A stretch of DNA of 64,000 nucleotides from Takakia lepidozioides (lineage: Eukaryota; Plantae; Bryophyta). Shown here one piece after another: positions 11,530 to 25,700 of this stretch (position 1 is the stretch's first letter; the number at the start of each line of letters is the position of its first letter). The DNA lies in the NCBI GenBank assembly GCA_030704615.1, contig CM060731.1, forward strand, positions 51,894,001 to 51,958,000, read 5' to 3'. The notes under the pieces are model-generated. The model did not search any database. It was not told the DNA's origin and worked only from the letters and a program-made list of their open reading frames with translations. The translations under genes and the position numbers were made by a program.

Positions 11530-14500
11530 ATAATCCAACACCTCCCCTCGCACCTGACCTCATTTTTTAGACGTTGCCAAAGATTAATCCCCTTCTGGAT
11601 ATCTCAGTCAAAATGGATCGCTACAGGAGGTATGTACAGATTTTATGCACAACTGCTATATACATGGGAGTCCCTCATGCTCCTTCTTTGGACGTTGCTC
11701 CTGACCTTTGGAATTTTACACGAATTGGCTGAGGCGCACACATGTACAACATCGTACCTAGGAATGAAGATTAACTCGTTTCAAGCTCCAATAGATCCAC
11801 CAAATTGAGTTTGTCTCGTAGTCGTTGAAATCGAACTCGCCCCAGTGGCTTGGTGAGGATGTTAGGGATTTGGTCTTTGCTGGGTATGTAAGCAAGTTCA
11901 GTCTTCCCATCCTTCTGAGTTTCTCTGATGAAGTGGTGTGCCACGTCTATGTGCTTCGTCCGGTCATGGAAAACAGGGTTGAGTGCCATCTTTATAGAGC
12001 TTTGATTATCGCATTGGATGAGCATGGGTGCGTTGTCTCTCACCTGAATTTCATTCAGTAGTCTTCGGAGCCACATTGCTTCGCATGCTGCTTCAGATAA
12101 CGCCATGTATTCTGCCTCGGTGGATGATTTGGCCACACATCCTTGCTTCTTACATAGGGCCATTTCCCAAAGTGAAAACATACCCAGAGGTTGATTTGCG
12201 TTCCTCAAGGTCCCCAGCATAGTTTGTGTCGACATAACCGAGTGTACTTGGTTCTACTTCCTTACAGTACAAGACCACCAAATCCGGAAGATATGATTTG
12301 CAGCATCAAGATGAGGTCTCTGAGGAGCTTGCATAAATCTAGAAACTAACCCCACAGTAATTTAAGAAATATCTGGGCGTGTATGAGTGATATGGAGGAG
12401 TTTCCCAACCATGCGTCTATAGGTTGTGGGATCAACAAGAAGACCTAGGTCGGTTAAGCACTGGAGAATGAACAGTTTGTGAGACATGATTATGCCCCAT
12501 GAACCACGGATAAAAGCAGCACCAATGTAATATTGTAAATGACCTAATAAGGACATGGCGAAGTATTTGGAGAGTTGATCACGAAGCCATGCAATTTTCG
12601 AGGTATGGCTGCCAGTAATAAGGAGGTCATCTACATAGAGGACAATGATGAGGGTTTTGCCATCTTCCAAGAGAAAGTACAAATTAGGATCTGAATGGCA
12701 ATTTGTCAAACCTTGCGAATGAAGATAGGTGTCCATCTTCGTGTGAGGTCTGTTTGAGGCCATACAAGGCCTTGTGAAGCTTGCAAACTTTACGCTCAGC
12801 ACTTGCCACAATGAAGCCTTCTGGTTGAAGAATGTAGACATCCTCTTCTAGGTCTCCATGAAGAAACGCAGTTTTAACATCCATGTGTAGGATGTTCCAG
12901 TCTTGGCTTGCAGCTAAAGCAACCATACATCGGATGGTGCTCCATTTTGCTACAGGGGCGAATGTCTCATTGTAGTCAAGTCCCGTTGTTTGTTCATATC
13001 CTTTGGCAATGAGTCTTGCCTTGAGCTTGACTACTTTGCCATCAGAGCCCACCTTAACCTTATACACCCACTTAGTATCAATAGGTTTCTTACCAGGTGG
13101 TCAATCTGTGAGTGTCCATGTATCATTGTCATGTATTGATGTCATCTCCTCCTCCATGGCTTGGACCCAACTAGGATTTGAAGCTGCTTCAGAGAAAGTT
13201 TCAGGCTCGGCAAAGGTATTGAGGTCCAAGTCGACATTGAAGATAAAATGGTCTTTAAGCTCGGTTGACGGTGCCCTAGAACGTGGAGGAATAATGGGTG
13301 TAGTAGGCCATTCTGCAGGAGGCAAGCTTTCTTGCAAATAACTTCCCCTAAATCAGTACGAGAGTTGTCCAAAGATAGACTTGAAAGTGGTGTGATGGGA
13401 GTGCCATGAGGACCTGCAGCAGACTCAGCAGGTAGTTGGGAGTCACAAGGTCTTAAATTAGAAAGAGTGGGATCGTCCGTGCCTGGTGATGTGTTCCCCT
13501 GTGTGTCATTGCATGTTTCAGCAGGTTCACTCAAGAGTCGTGATGCCTTTGCAGATAGGTCCCTTCTTCGAGGCGAACATCTTTGCTGATTATTATCCTT
13601 CTCGTCTTGGGGTGATAGCATCGGTAGCCTTTCGTCTCAGCATCGTAGCCCAACAAGACACAAAGAAGGGATTTAGGATCTAGCTTTTTCCGCCTTTCAT
13701 CAGGGATGTGAACATGTGCAATGCTCCCAAAGATTCTTAGTCTGCTCAAGTCTGGCTTTTCACCATGAAATCGTTTGTCTGGGGTCATACCTTGATTGGC
13801 CTTGGTGGGAGACATGTTTGTAAGCAGGCTTGCAGTGTTGAGGGCTTCAGCCCACAAATACTTTGGCACACCCGTTTCATACACCATGGCTCTCGCTTTC
13901 TCTATTAGAGTTCGATTCTTGCGTTCAACAACACCGTTCTGATGTGAGGTGTAGGATTGAGTTAGTTGTCTTCTGAATTCCCTCTTCATCACAGAACGAC
14001 ATGAAATCCTCATAAAGGTACTCGCCTCCTCGATCGCTTCTCAGGCATTTGATTCTCCTGCCAGTGAGATTCTCCACAAGTGCTTTGAATTTCTTGAAGT
14101 AAAAGAAAGCTTGAGACTTGTGCTTCAAGAAATAGACCCATCCCTTGCGGCTGTGGTCATCGATGAATGTCAGGAAGTACCGTGCCCCACCATGTGATGC
14201 AAAATGCGGACCACATAGGTCAGAATGTACGAGTTCCAATCATGAGCAGCTCTATGTGTTGATTGTTTTAGAGCCCTTTCACGATGTTGTTTCCCCTCCA
14301 TGCATCCATGACAAATGTGCGAAGATAGATTGATCGGAGGTATGCCAGTGGCCAGGCCCTTTGTAGAAAGGAAGTGTACACTTTGAGGATTAAGGTGTTC
14401 AAGTCTACGATGCCATAGCCAAGAAGGATCTTCGACTGAGCAAATCTGAGTTGGTATCCTTTGCTGCAAAGTGTCTTTTGTAATCATGTACAGCCCAGTT

Positions 14501-16196
14501 GTCGTGTCTCGGGTTCCATGGCCAATGATATTGGAGTCTCTCACAATCAAACATTGCTTGTCATTAAAGATCAAGATTAAACCGGTATCTGTGAGAGACC
14601 CAACTGAAAGCAAATTCTTGGTAAGATCTGGCACATAAAGAACATTATCAATCTTTATTTCCCCATTTGTGAAGGCAAGATTCACACTGCCTCTACCCTC
14701 AATGGCATGAGGTTCTTCTCTTGCAGTCTTAACATGTGACTGTGTGATCTCTGGGGGAGCTATCGAATGAAAGGCCGTTCTTTCTGTTGCTACATGCCTA
14801 GATGCACCTGAATCAACGTACCAATCTGTCTCCTTCTCTAAGGCTAGGGCATTGATGCCACATTCAAAAAGATCGAGAGACGTGCCTTCTTCTTCATCGG
14901 TGCTCTGGTCTCATCCAATGTCCACTGCGTTAGCCTGTGGACGATGCGCATTACGGCGTTCCCTAGCTCTCATTGCCATTTCCTTTGCCAGCTCGGAACA
15001 GCTCCGCATTAAGTGACCCATCTCACCACAGAAGTTACACGGTCCAAGTGTTCTTGGTCGAAAAGAGCTTCGATCGTCATTTGATGTTTGAAAGAATTTG
15101 TTTGGTTCACCGCTAGATGGACGTTGACTTTGGTAGCCAGAATGGTGGAAAGAGGGGTTCCTCATTCTTACCATGAGAGCTTCGGAGTTATCTCTTCCTC
15201 CCATAGCCTTGGCGCTAAACACGAGTACGCTCTCTTCTTGCAGCAACCTGCTCGAAACTTGAGCAAAAGTTGGTAGTTGCATGTTGCCGTTGAAGGACTG
15301 TAGAACCCCACTATAGATGTCAGGGAGAGTGTTGAGCATTCTCTCGACCAAGTCTCTGTCGGTAACTGCTTCCCCGATACCCGTGAGTTCAAACTGAATT
15401 TCTTGGATCTTTGCAAGATAATCTGCAAGCTTGATCGTAGTTAGCTTGTCCTTTAGCATCAAATGAGTTGCGTTGTTAGGAGCCATGTACAAATCAGCAA
15501 GGTACCTCCAGCTCTGTTTTGGATCCAAAAAATGTGCAATGGAAGGCATGATATGGTCTTTGACAGAAAGATTCAAAGTGGTGAGTGCTTTCACTCTCAT
15601 CTTTCGCATGTTCTCAACTTGATCAGCATTATGAGGGTCAAATGCTCTAGTGGGAGTGAGGTGATCAACGATGTCCTCTCGAAGGAGGATATTCCAGGTT
15701 GTGTAATTCAAAGGGCCACTCAACTTGTTGACCTCGGAGACTGGATCTTGACTAGTCATTGGGAAAGTGAAGAGAGAAAGAAAAAGAATCAGTATTTATT
15801 GAGTAAAGAAGAAGGAAACCAAACTTGTAGTGAACGAGGACAAATGAACGCGATGGAGCTGAGCTCACGCTATGCTAGACACAATGATCTTTAAGGAGCT
15901 AAGCTCACTTACAGTATTCTTGGACAAGAAAAAGTGAGGGAACGGAGCTGTGCTCACGTTCTTGGACCTCAACAAACTATTCAGTCATGCTAGGCTCTGA
16001 TAGGTACCATGTTGACATTTAAATCACAGACTAAGTGTACATCAAATTGAATTCGAGAGTATATATACAGTTGGAGTTGCAGGCACAACTCCATGTCATC
16101 GTAACTCAAGGGTAATCTTGCTACATGCTAGAACCAACTAGATGGTACCATGTAAAACTGCCGGCTAGCTACAAGTTAGGTGTGGATAATCCAACA
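11530..16196 (-). mobile_element. Degenerate Ty1/Copia LTR retrotransposon
   Basis: gag with zinc knuckle CNFCGEMGHLMRSC; protease WYVDSGASRH (about 14800-14825); GAG-pre-integrase LWHRRLEH; integrase (HSDLCGP, RSDRGGEY, QNGVVERKNRTL); RT (MDVKTAFLHG, YVDDLL); RNase H (SSTEAEY, CDNQS). Also a Met-PBS remnant at about 15994-16009, a 5' LTR TGTTG...CAACA at 16010-16196 and a PPT at 11541-11550. Many stops and frameshifts. Confidence 0.95.
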
Positions 16197-18420
16197 AGCT
16201 GAACTAAGCAAGTGATGACTGTAAAGGTCCCAGTATGACTAAGGTGACCAAAGGGGAAACACCTTCCTGAAGCAGCTTGCATGTGGAGTTAGTGGATCTG
16301 ATCCAGAATAATGAAGATCAATTACTCATGAACTACAACCAATTTTATAGTCCAATTAAACGGCAGCTGAAGTTATGACTATATTGGCTAAGGAAGTGCA
16401 AGATTTCAGTGAAGGCCCAACACAGGTCAGCTTAGGGTCAGCTTGTGTCGCAGACCATGATCAACTTATCACAGGTCTATTTATCATCATTCGCTACCTG
16501 TCAGGCCTAACAGAGCCACTTGCGATGCAGACAACTTTCATGTTTTTCAAGCTTTTCGTACGTTGCCATAGCTTTCTCGCTTTTTCGCCGATGAAGGTCG
16601 GAAAGTGGTGTTCGAAAGCCCTCAATCTGGGCCTCAATCTTCTCAGCTGCAGCTCCTCAAAGGGACCTGCATCCAGAAAGTTATCAAAATAACGAGTGCC
16701 ACAATTATCCCTCGCTTATCACCTGTCGACACTAGCATTTGAGGTGCAGCTGCTCTCTTGCGAAAAGACGTGTGGGAGAATGCAATTTAGGCCACTCTTT
16801 GACTCGTGATGGGCCTGTAAGAGATTCCATAATTGGTTCCTTTATACCGACTTTTTCCTTGTTATAGGTACTAGTTCGGGGAATCTACATCCATCACAAG
16901 GGATCTTTAGCACTTGCAAGAAAGGTATCTCCTAGCATATACATTCTCATCCGTAGAATTATAATATGTATACCTCCGGATATACGACCTGGTTCGGGCT
17001 TGGTTCGGGCCTTGGTCTGGGAGGTCATCTTCTTCATGGCGGTGGCAGGAGTATTCGTGATCAGTGACCACATGATCAACTTCCTATCCAGGCTGTGCAT
17101 TTCTTACTCACGAAGTCTGAGGAATCTACCATCACTTAGAATCTATAAATTGACTCACGAATTCTGTCCAGGAATCCCTGAGTAGAATAGAAAGGAAACC
17201 ACACCTGAAATAGATTAGGTTTTACCGGGTTTATTGTAGGGCATGCATGATGCAAGAGCGTTGCTAGTCCTGCTTGGATTGATTGGAGGATTGATTGATT
17301 GGTTTCCTAAGTTGTATTCTACCGGTGGATTCCTGAACAGAATTCCCGAGTAGATTTTCGGAATTCGAGGGTAGACTCTTCGGAATTTTTGATATTACAG
17401 TCCTGAAGCGGCAACTGATACATATTATTTTCACTTTCATCGAATAGCACCGAAATCTTAATGGAGGAGTTGGTGGCTCAATTAAGGTTCTCTTCCCTCT
17501 CTCTCTCTCCCCCTTTCCCCCGTCACCCAGCAGAGCATATTTCAATCCCTATCACACTCTGCATGTTTTCGCCCTAACCGGTGACTGACTGTCCTGATCA
17601 GGTGTGTATTGTACTTTGGAGGTGTCGCATTTCCAGAGTCTCCCAATTGATCTTTTAAATCCATGACATTCTTGAGAAAGTAACTGAAGTATATTGGATT
17701 ATGAAGCGCAAGGAGTGGAAATCGTCATGTTGAGTGTACAAGGGGATTGAGCAGCAGTGATTGCCAATGACATCTAAGCCTGGGCAATATTGGGAAACTA
17801 ATCAGCTAGTATGCTAATAACAAAGGACGAGTCTGAGAAGCCATGCCAATCGTGGCAAACCTGACTTATTCACGTCAGCCTGTCACAGTTGGTGGTTCTG
17901 TACAAGGGAAGGGCAGCTGATGAGGGCCTTCCACCGGGCTTCAGAACTGCAGCTGAACTTTGCATGTTGCAACGCCGACACATGTCACCTGTAGTTCAGT
18001 TTATGTTTTGGACAACTTGGAGAGGAGCAACATGTCTAGGGTCCGTGAGCTCATGGAAGCAGTGTAATTTGTATTGACGACGAGTAAATCCATTTGATGC
18101 AATACATGCTCTAGAGCAAGAAAACTCCAGATCAACAGAAAAATTGATCTGAAGACCTTAATCATTTGCCAATCAACTCACAATGACATTTCACTACCAC
18201 GGCAGCTGAAGTCAGTGATGACTGCAAAGGTCCTATGTCGAAGGTCATCAAAGGGCGAACCCCTTTCTGGAGCAGCTTGCATGGGATGTTAGTGGATCTG
18301 CTCCAGAATATAATGAAGATCAATTTCCCATGAACTACAATCAAATGCACGTCCAAGAGACGGCAGCTGAAGTAAGCTCGAAGTAAGCAGACGATGACCG
18401 TAAAGGTCCTACAAAGGTGA
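16197..18420. repeat. Retroelement-like non-coding region with a diverged ~170-bp direct repeat (16197-16375 vs 18202-18372)
   Basis: Shared blocks such as AGTGATGACTGYAAAGGTCC, GCAGCTTGCATG, GTTAGTGGATCTG.TCCAGAATA, ATGAAGATCAATT and CATGAACTACAA. Confidence 0.6.
16860..17556. mobile_element. Possible solo LTR
   Basis: Ends TGTTATAGG ... CCTATCACA form an imperfect inverted terminus with TG...CA. No clean TSD was found. Confidence 0.3.
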
Positions 18421-18439
18421 TCACAGGAAGCTTGACATT

Positions 18440-21400
18440 TTATCTCCCAGTGGTTGGGATGTCGGCAATGGGAATAGGTGGGGCAGAAACTGTAGAGCTG
18501 CCCAACAGAGGGTTCTGAAACAAAAAAGCAGGCCTTCGAGGAGGGGGGCGAGGCCGAACTCCAGGCCTGTAAATACTCAGTGGCAGTCTACCTTTGTTTG
18601 GAGGCAAAAGCTCTCTTCCCTTTGGTGGCTCTCTTCCCTTTGGTGGCTCTCTTCCTTTAGTCACTGGTTCCCATGTTGCAGGAGTCAGTCTACTGCACAC
18701 AATTCAGCAGTGCAGCAATCACAACAGCTTGAGAAAAGTGAGTTCAGTCCAGATTGTGCAATACAATGTTTGTGACCGGCCATATCTTGCTTGTTTTAAG
18801 AGAGTGATAATGACAGACGAGTTAGTCCTTGGCAATCCCAAATTCCAGTATCCCAGGGGATGATCAAACCAAGACAGTGTGAATCTGGTATGAGAACTAA
18901 AAATGTAACTGTGTTATGTACTAATAATAGTTCCAAGTGCACATAGGTTTTGATGTACCCTAGAAAGCTCTTTTTTAACATTGGACAAAGATGATGACGA
19001 TGATATTACTTAGTATCAGCCGGTGTTACTATGACAATTTTGAATATATTGCAATAACAGTAACCCTCACGTTCAGAGACTGCATAATAGAAAGCACAAT
19101 GCTGATTCCAAGATTGTATATTCACCCTCTTAACGTAACAGAGATGTGCCACAGTAATGCAATTACTCCAGGTCAGTAGGAACCAGAGAGATAAGGGAGA
19201 AAAGGGAGAGAAGTTATCTTCTTTCCAGATGCCTACCTTCGAATGGGATTGCTTGTGTCCTCATTCCAAAGCCCAATTCTCACCAGAAGCTCATGGGTGA
19301 CCGGCTCCTTAGCTGGACCAGGAGACGCTTCCACACTATTTGATGCTTTGTGCGGTGGAAAATCTGGAGGTTTCATAGGCCCTTTTCCTGGCCTTCGCTG
19401 TTTTTGAGCAAGAAACCACCACTTCCTTGCAAAGGGTGCCACTTTGGCAAATGTGGACACACAAAGCTTGGGTTGCCTCTCCAGCCTGCTTTGTAGCCGA
19501 AGGGCTTGAAGCATTAGCCCTACAGCCAGAATGCGCTCACATCCCCACCGATTTAGCCGGTCCCTGAACCCAATGTGTTTGGTCTCACTAACACTCCACA
19601 ACTTGTTGTCAAATTGTCCTCTGAAGTTGGGCAAGAAGGGATTAATTATTCACAAAACTTCTTAAAACCCACAGTGGATGACTAGTGTTCAAATACCGCA
19701 CTCAGTAGCAAAAATCTCCACAAGAGACAAGAGAGATTAAAAAACTCAAGCAACAAATCCATTCCTAAAATAGGGGATAGCGGCCAGAGACCACATTATG
19801 ACATTTAGACTGAGTATGGAACTCCAAATGGAAGCTTGGCAAGCATGTAAGCACAAATCCAACCTGAAGATGCTCGTGGCATCCTGCAAGTCTCGTTCCT
19901 TCAAAGATTGTTTTGCATGCCATGGCCGCCAACCATCCATCCCCTTCCGCTCCAGGACCTGCTTCCTATGTAATAAAGCTCTGAGGAATGCTTGATGTCT
20001 TGCTCGCCTTGACATCATATAGTCTTGCCATACGGCGAGTGCTGACCTCAAGGCCTGTTTTCGCCGATGAGTTTGTGCTTCAGTAGAGCGAGCGCGTTCC
20101 CTTCCCTTCTCCTTCACATAATTACGCCATGCATTTGTTGCTGCAGCAAATTTTATGCCCTTGTACAGCTTGGCAGCCTGGGCCTCTTTTAAATGTCTCC
20201 AATTCTTCTCCTTTTGCTGCTCTATCCAGGCCTTCCATACCCGACCCCTCTTCAGGTTTCTGAGCTTACTCCACAACTCACTTGCCTGAGCAACTTCGTC
20301 CCTCCTTTCTTCTCTTAAATATTTCAGGTAAGTACTCCAAGCATCAATAGCCCTTATAATCAATCTCTTGGAACGAAAATGTGAAGATCTTTCCTCCATT
20401 CTCGTTTTGGATGCCAGATGCCTGCAAATAAGGGCCCAACTCTTCAGCATTTTATGCAGTATGGCCTTTTCCCAGTGGGAATCCGCAAGCTTTTCCAGGG
20501 CATGCTTTGCACAGAGGTGTTCTCGATGACTGGATAACCCGGCAAGAGTTTGTTTCTTGAGAGATGTTCCATAAAACTTCTGAGCACCAGTATACATGGC
20601 ATCCTTGACTCTGTGGGCTTCAACAGACTGCAGAAATGCCCGAAAGGTCTTGGCTAGGGAGCGGTGGCGATTGTGGTCTTGGTAGGAATGGTCAACCTGG
20701 GAAAATGCAACCAGAGTCTTCTTCTTCAGGGCAGTGTTATAGAGCTTGGTAGCAGCAGCATGCAGTGCTCCCAAGGATTGGCTGCCCTTCCGTAGCTTCT
20801 GGAAAGCTCTTGAGAACCTGTGACGATTGAAGTGCTCAGCGGCTAGCAAGGCTTGCTGTTTATTCCATTTCCTCTGAGAGCTGAGTTTCCTCCAATAGTG
20901 CACCATTTGGCTACACCATGCCAATGTAAGCCCCTACAAACCACCATGAGCTCCCATAGCTGTCTCACAACCACCTGTCTCCATTGTCCACGGCTGAAGA
21001 ACGCTACTGTGGTACTAGAGATGATATCGCACCACAACTTGCATGCCATCTCTCTGTCTCTCCGTCTCTCTCTCCCTCACACACACACACACATCTGCCT
21101 GCTACCTCTCGGGGTAATCTCTACAGCCCTCACACTTGCCATAGGGGACTTTCCAGTTTGCTCGCGGATTGAAACGAGGAAACGGTGTAGAGGCAAACTC
21201 CAAGAGGCTACAGTCTCTAAGGTCTCCCCGTTGAAGGGAGCAGGAACAGAGTAGTACTTTTTCTTCTCCTGTCCTGCATACTACGAGATCAGTGGGAGAC
21301 ACTACGGTCTTTTGAGGGCTTCCCAATCCATGGCGGAGGCATTCAACTTTGAAGATCCGAAGTGTATGGTGGCCTAGCTGCTCGAGGCACTTCGTCCTCA

Positions 21401-21986
21401 GGTATCCGAAGTAGTTCTTGGTTGAATTCTACACCGTCCCATGGACCCTCTGTGTAAGTACTTTAGAAAGTCTTTTACTTTTTCTCTATCTCTCCAGCCC
21501 AATCCACTTCCCCGCCTCTCACTCTCAGTTCAAATCAGAGTATAACGGAAAAGTTGTAGCTTACCACCCGAGCCGCATACATCCATTGATCTGCAACAAT
21601 CCTTGCCAATTTTTTCTGATGTCGTTCCCGAGCTCTGCCATTTGGTTGTCATAACAGTTATTGTCTCTAGTTCCTCGCAAATTGGACAATTTTCAACGTC
21701 ACTTCAAATTCAGAAGAAAGGTTTGAGCCTATTCTGCATAAATGCCACTGACAGTTTACTACCATACCGAATCATATGCTTTCCATTCAGCGAACCCTGT
21801 GGATGCTTTGTTACAGTACGAGCAACTAAGGCTTCATGCTGAATTGCTGCGATAGACATAGACTTTGTGACGATACCTTCTCTCTTCCTCGGTGATAGAA
21901 TCGTTTTCAGACGCTATATTCCAAACTCGATGGATCCGATCCAGAGCTTGGTTTGCACTGTCCTGGCTTGATGAAGTCGATGACAT
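18440..21986 (-). CDS. SFI1: SFI1-like centrin-binding centriole/basal-body protein (multi-exon; 5' exon structure uncertain)
   Basis: Exon 19746-20924 has regularly spaced Trp helical repeats (LHKMLKSW, IIRAIDAW, GRVWKAW, LRSALAVW). Exon 19233-19634 reads GCERILAVG...VAPFARKW. The last exon contains RPPPRRPAFL, resembling the SFI1 C-terminal motif. Putative ATG at 21986 (MSSTSSSQDSANQ). Confidence 0.6.
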
Positions 21987-22769
21987 TGTTACTGGCTCTG
22001 CTTGTGAGGATGCTATGGGACAATGTTTCGCAAACTTTCACCCTTCTCCTGCAGGTGACTTCCGTACTTCTAAACTTACAGACGCAGGGAAAATGGAGAG
22101 GTGCTCATAGTTTCACCGATTCTCATTTCAAGTGTGCGGTCTCGTTGACTCTGCAGCATCACCCTGACAACCTAGATTTGTCAACAAGAGAGCAGCACGA
22201 GCAAGCAGCAAGGAGTGGAGCTCGCATCTGTGAAAAGAAGACAAAAATGTGTGAAGCTGAGCTTCTTGGCTCGCCGCGCTTCTTGACATCATCCTGCTCC
22301 CAATTTCACATGGCTCAGGTGTGGTGCAAAGCAAGTTGACTGCAGGTTTTTTATGCTCCAGGGATGACATCTTGTACAGATTTAAGCACCGATAAGTGAA
22401 TTGTGAAACCTTTGGCTGAAGGAAGACAGTGGCAGAGCAATGCTTCTGGTCCTAAGTCCTAACCTAACCTAATTCAAGCTCATTGTGAACACAACGTTAG
22501 CAGGACATAGCGCTGCTCATAGCCTATGCAGTACTCAGATGCACTTGAGAATAACGGGGTTCCAAAATATCTCACTTGAGTTGCACTCATCGTTGCATCA
22601 TCTGACATACACATACATGCCCACACAAGCTGACAAAAGAAAGATGCCGTGATTGCCATACAAAGGTGTTCACTATCACACAAACAAACAAAGAAAATAC
22701 CATGCAGTGACAGGTTAAAGAACACAAAAGAACCAAGAAAGAAAAGAGGCAGGAAATGTGGGAACCTAA

Positions 22770-25700
22770 CTAACCATCTTCATCATCTTCACAATCATAA
22801 TCATCCTCATCGGGTTGCACAGAAGGGTGGGCTTGGCTCCCTTGTAATTGTGACATGCCCCCTATGACAACCCCACTATCTACAGCAGTTTGGGACGGGA
22901 CTTCTGACTCTTGTTCTTCCTCCTCCTTTGCAGAAGCTTCATCAGCTGCTGAAGTTTCGTCAGTAGCTGCAGCTATTTCTCCATTTTCATCTAAATCCAT
23001 ATTAAGGTCAAACCCTAGGACTTTTGAAGGAGTGTCTGGTGGACCAGCTAAAGTTGGAGTTGGCTCCTCATCCAGAACTTCCTTTGTTTTAACCTTTGGG
23101 ATCAAGTTTTCTAAGATTATCTCAGGTCGGTCAAATGATGGCGAGTCCGTATCATTATCAGCATCGTCAGATTTCTCTGCCTTGTCAGCCAACCCATTCC
23201 GACTGCTAGGTGTCCCATTGGGGCCCCCTCCTCTCCTCCTCCCTCTTCCTCGTCCCCGCCCCCGACCGCGACCAGACGTTGGCTGAATTTCCTGACAAAG
23301 GCAACACACCCCTCCCCACATGAGATCCTGGAAGTTTGAATTCCCTGTATGCGAGATCAATCTTTTGAAGAAACAACTCACTCAACTACGTCTCTCACAT
23401 ATCACTCACTCTCAGGCTGACCACCTTTAGAGATAGCCTATTGTAGCATACTGTAATGATCCAAGCCAGGAAGACCATGGCAAGTTGCCGCGAGTACAGG
23501 ATCCAAGGAATAATTGCATCCTCTCGTGACCAGTAATTATACCGCTTTTGGACGTTTCACTTCTTCATCATCGCTGTCATTTTCATCTCCCTCTGATACT
23601 TTTCTGGAAACACATACAAGTGGTGGCCATGAGCCAATAAAAAATCAAACCACATGAGAAATATCTCAAACAAACAAGTGTGTTTCAGCAAGAAATAATT
23701 TCCCTCTTTCCTTTCCTCCCTACCTCTCTCCAGGTGTCATGTAACTGACACATGTAACTGGATGATGGTTGTGCTACTATCATGTTTGTGCTTTGACATT
23801 CTGTCATAAACTCCCGTCTCCCTTGTGTATGGAGTAATCCCATGCAGACGACTGACACCTAACATGCATGCCAGGACAATGAGATGGAGAAGCTTATTAA
23901 CAGAGCCACATGTTAACACAACAGTAGTATGAGTAAGAGGAAGAGAACACCTCCTTCGACCACCGTTCTTTTCATCATTGTTGTCTATACCAATATCTGG
24001 GACTTTGGAAACAATATCTTGCAGAAAGTCAAATACACTGTTTGTCTGCACACACTGCTTCCTGCAATCACAATGTTGATAAAAATCAGGATTTTCTCTC
24101 AACATTCACATAACTGTAGGGAGCTCCGGCAAGAGACCCTCACAAAGGATCAACCTAATTTACCTAATACCCAAGACCCCAACATAGAAAATTTGTATCC
24201 TGCAATATTCCTAAGATAAATGTTGTGCAATCTTATTCTTCCCCCTGCCTAGGTTGTAATCAAGAAAGCAATAGAGTTCATTCACAGGTGCTCAGTTTCA
24301 TCCTCCATTGGAGAACCTTGACTTATAATCCTTTGAGCTGGGCATAAATTATATTTATCCTACAATATCCTAATCTGACTTCACCTTTATTCATCAACCC
24401 TACTCAAGTTGAGGCCCTTACACAATCAAGTAAGTCGATTGACTTCATTCACAGCTGACGCTCAAATTTTCCCCTCCATCAGAGAACACTAACTCGTGAT
24501 TCTTTGACCTAGGCATGGGACACGTGTCTCCCATTGCAACTAAGATGGCACAAACGACCAAAAAGGTGACAATCGGTAAAGTTCCCAGTTACTCACAAGT
24601 GGAGGGAACTCATTGTCTTTGCACCCCTTCGCAACGTAATTTCATATGTTTTGTCACACAAGTTCTGAGAAAAAAGCTCAAGAGCTTTCGCTGCACAGCA
24701 ATAGCCACATAACGGGCCCACTTTAGTCATTGCAAAATATGTGTAAAATATCCTTTGCGGCGATCAGGATGGGAAGTGGAACTAACTGCGGACAAAATGA
24801 TTTCCTTTTGGTGAGAGCGAGAGATACACTCAGCCGTTTGTATTGATGGGGCTGAAAAGGGCAGGAGACGGACAAGGGGGAATGGAGGAGAGCGGGATGG
24901 GGCCACTGCGGTTACAAAATGCTCTCCAATACTGCAACTTGTCTTTTAAGATGAACTTAGTTCGGGTGTTCCAGATTTGTTCTTCCCCAGCACCAATTCA
25001 TGCCATTTACTCAGACCTGAGAAAGAGAGAGAGTGTGTCTTACATATTAAGACTGGTGTAGCCATAGCAATTTTGCCCACTTCTTCATCAGCTTGCATTA
25101 TCTTCTTTATTCGCGCCTGCAAAGAGACAACAGCATTGAGTTAGGCATTCCACACCATTTGCGAATCTTTTTCTCTGTAGCTGGTAGAACCTCTATATAT
25201 AAAGAATACAGGTTCAGTTCAGATTCTGTTGATTAGGCAAAAATCAACCTCGACAATCACGTGAAATAATCTTCACGCATGCTCAGACTACTAAAAAGTC
25301 CACATGTTTGAAACGGTAGCGAATTATAGTGCCTGAAGTTATTGAGAGGAATATGTGGGAAAACAGCGTGATAAGAGAAAAGAGCTTGACTGTGGAAAAG
25401 ATGGAGCAATTGTAATGAGAGAGTACAACAAAGATATTTATTACAAGCACAGCAACAGGACCAACGGGGGAGAGAGAAGCTTCTGCCTCTTCCCTCCTGA
25501 AAAAACCAAAAACAAAGAGGGAGAAGGTGGGCCAAGGAAAGAGAACCTAACAAACGAGGGGGACTTTATAGCATCCATAGAAAGTGCAGAGAGTTTATGG
25601 GAAAGGAGGCTATGGGGAGAGGCTTGTCTCCAACCAAATCAGGCTATCCTTTTTCTGAATTGAAGGTAGATTGGTCCTTCCCTACTTTTTGGTCCACAAG

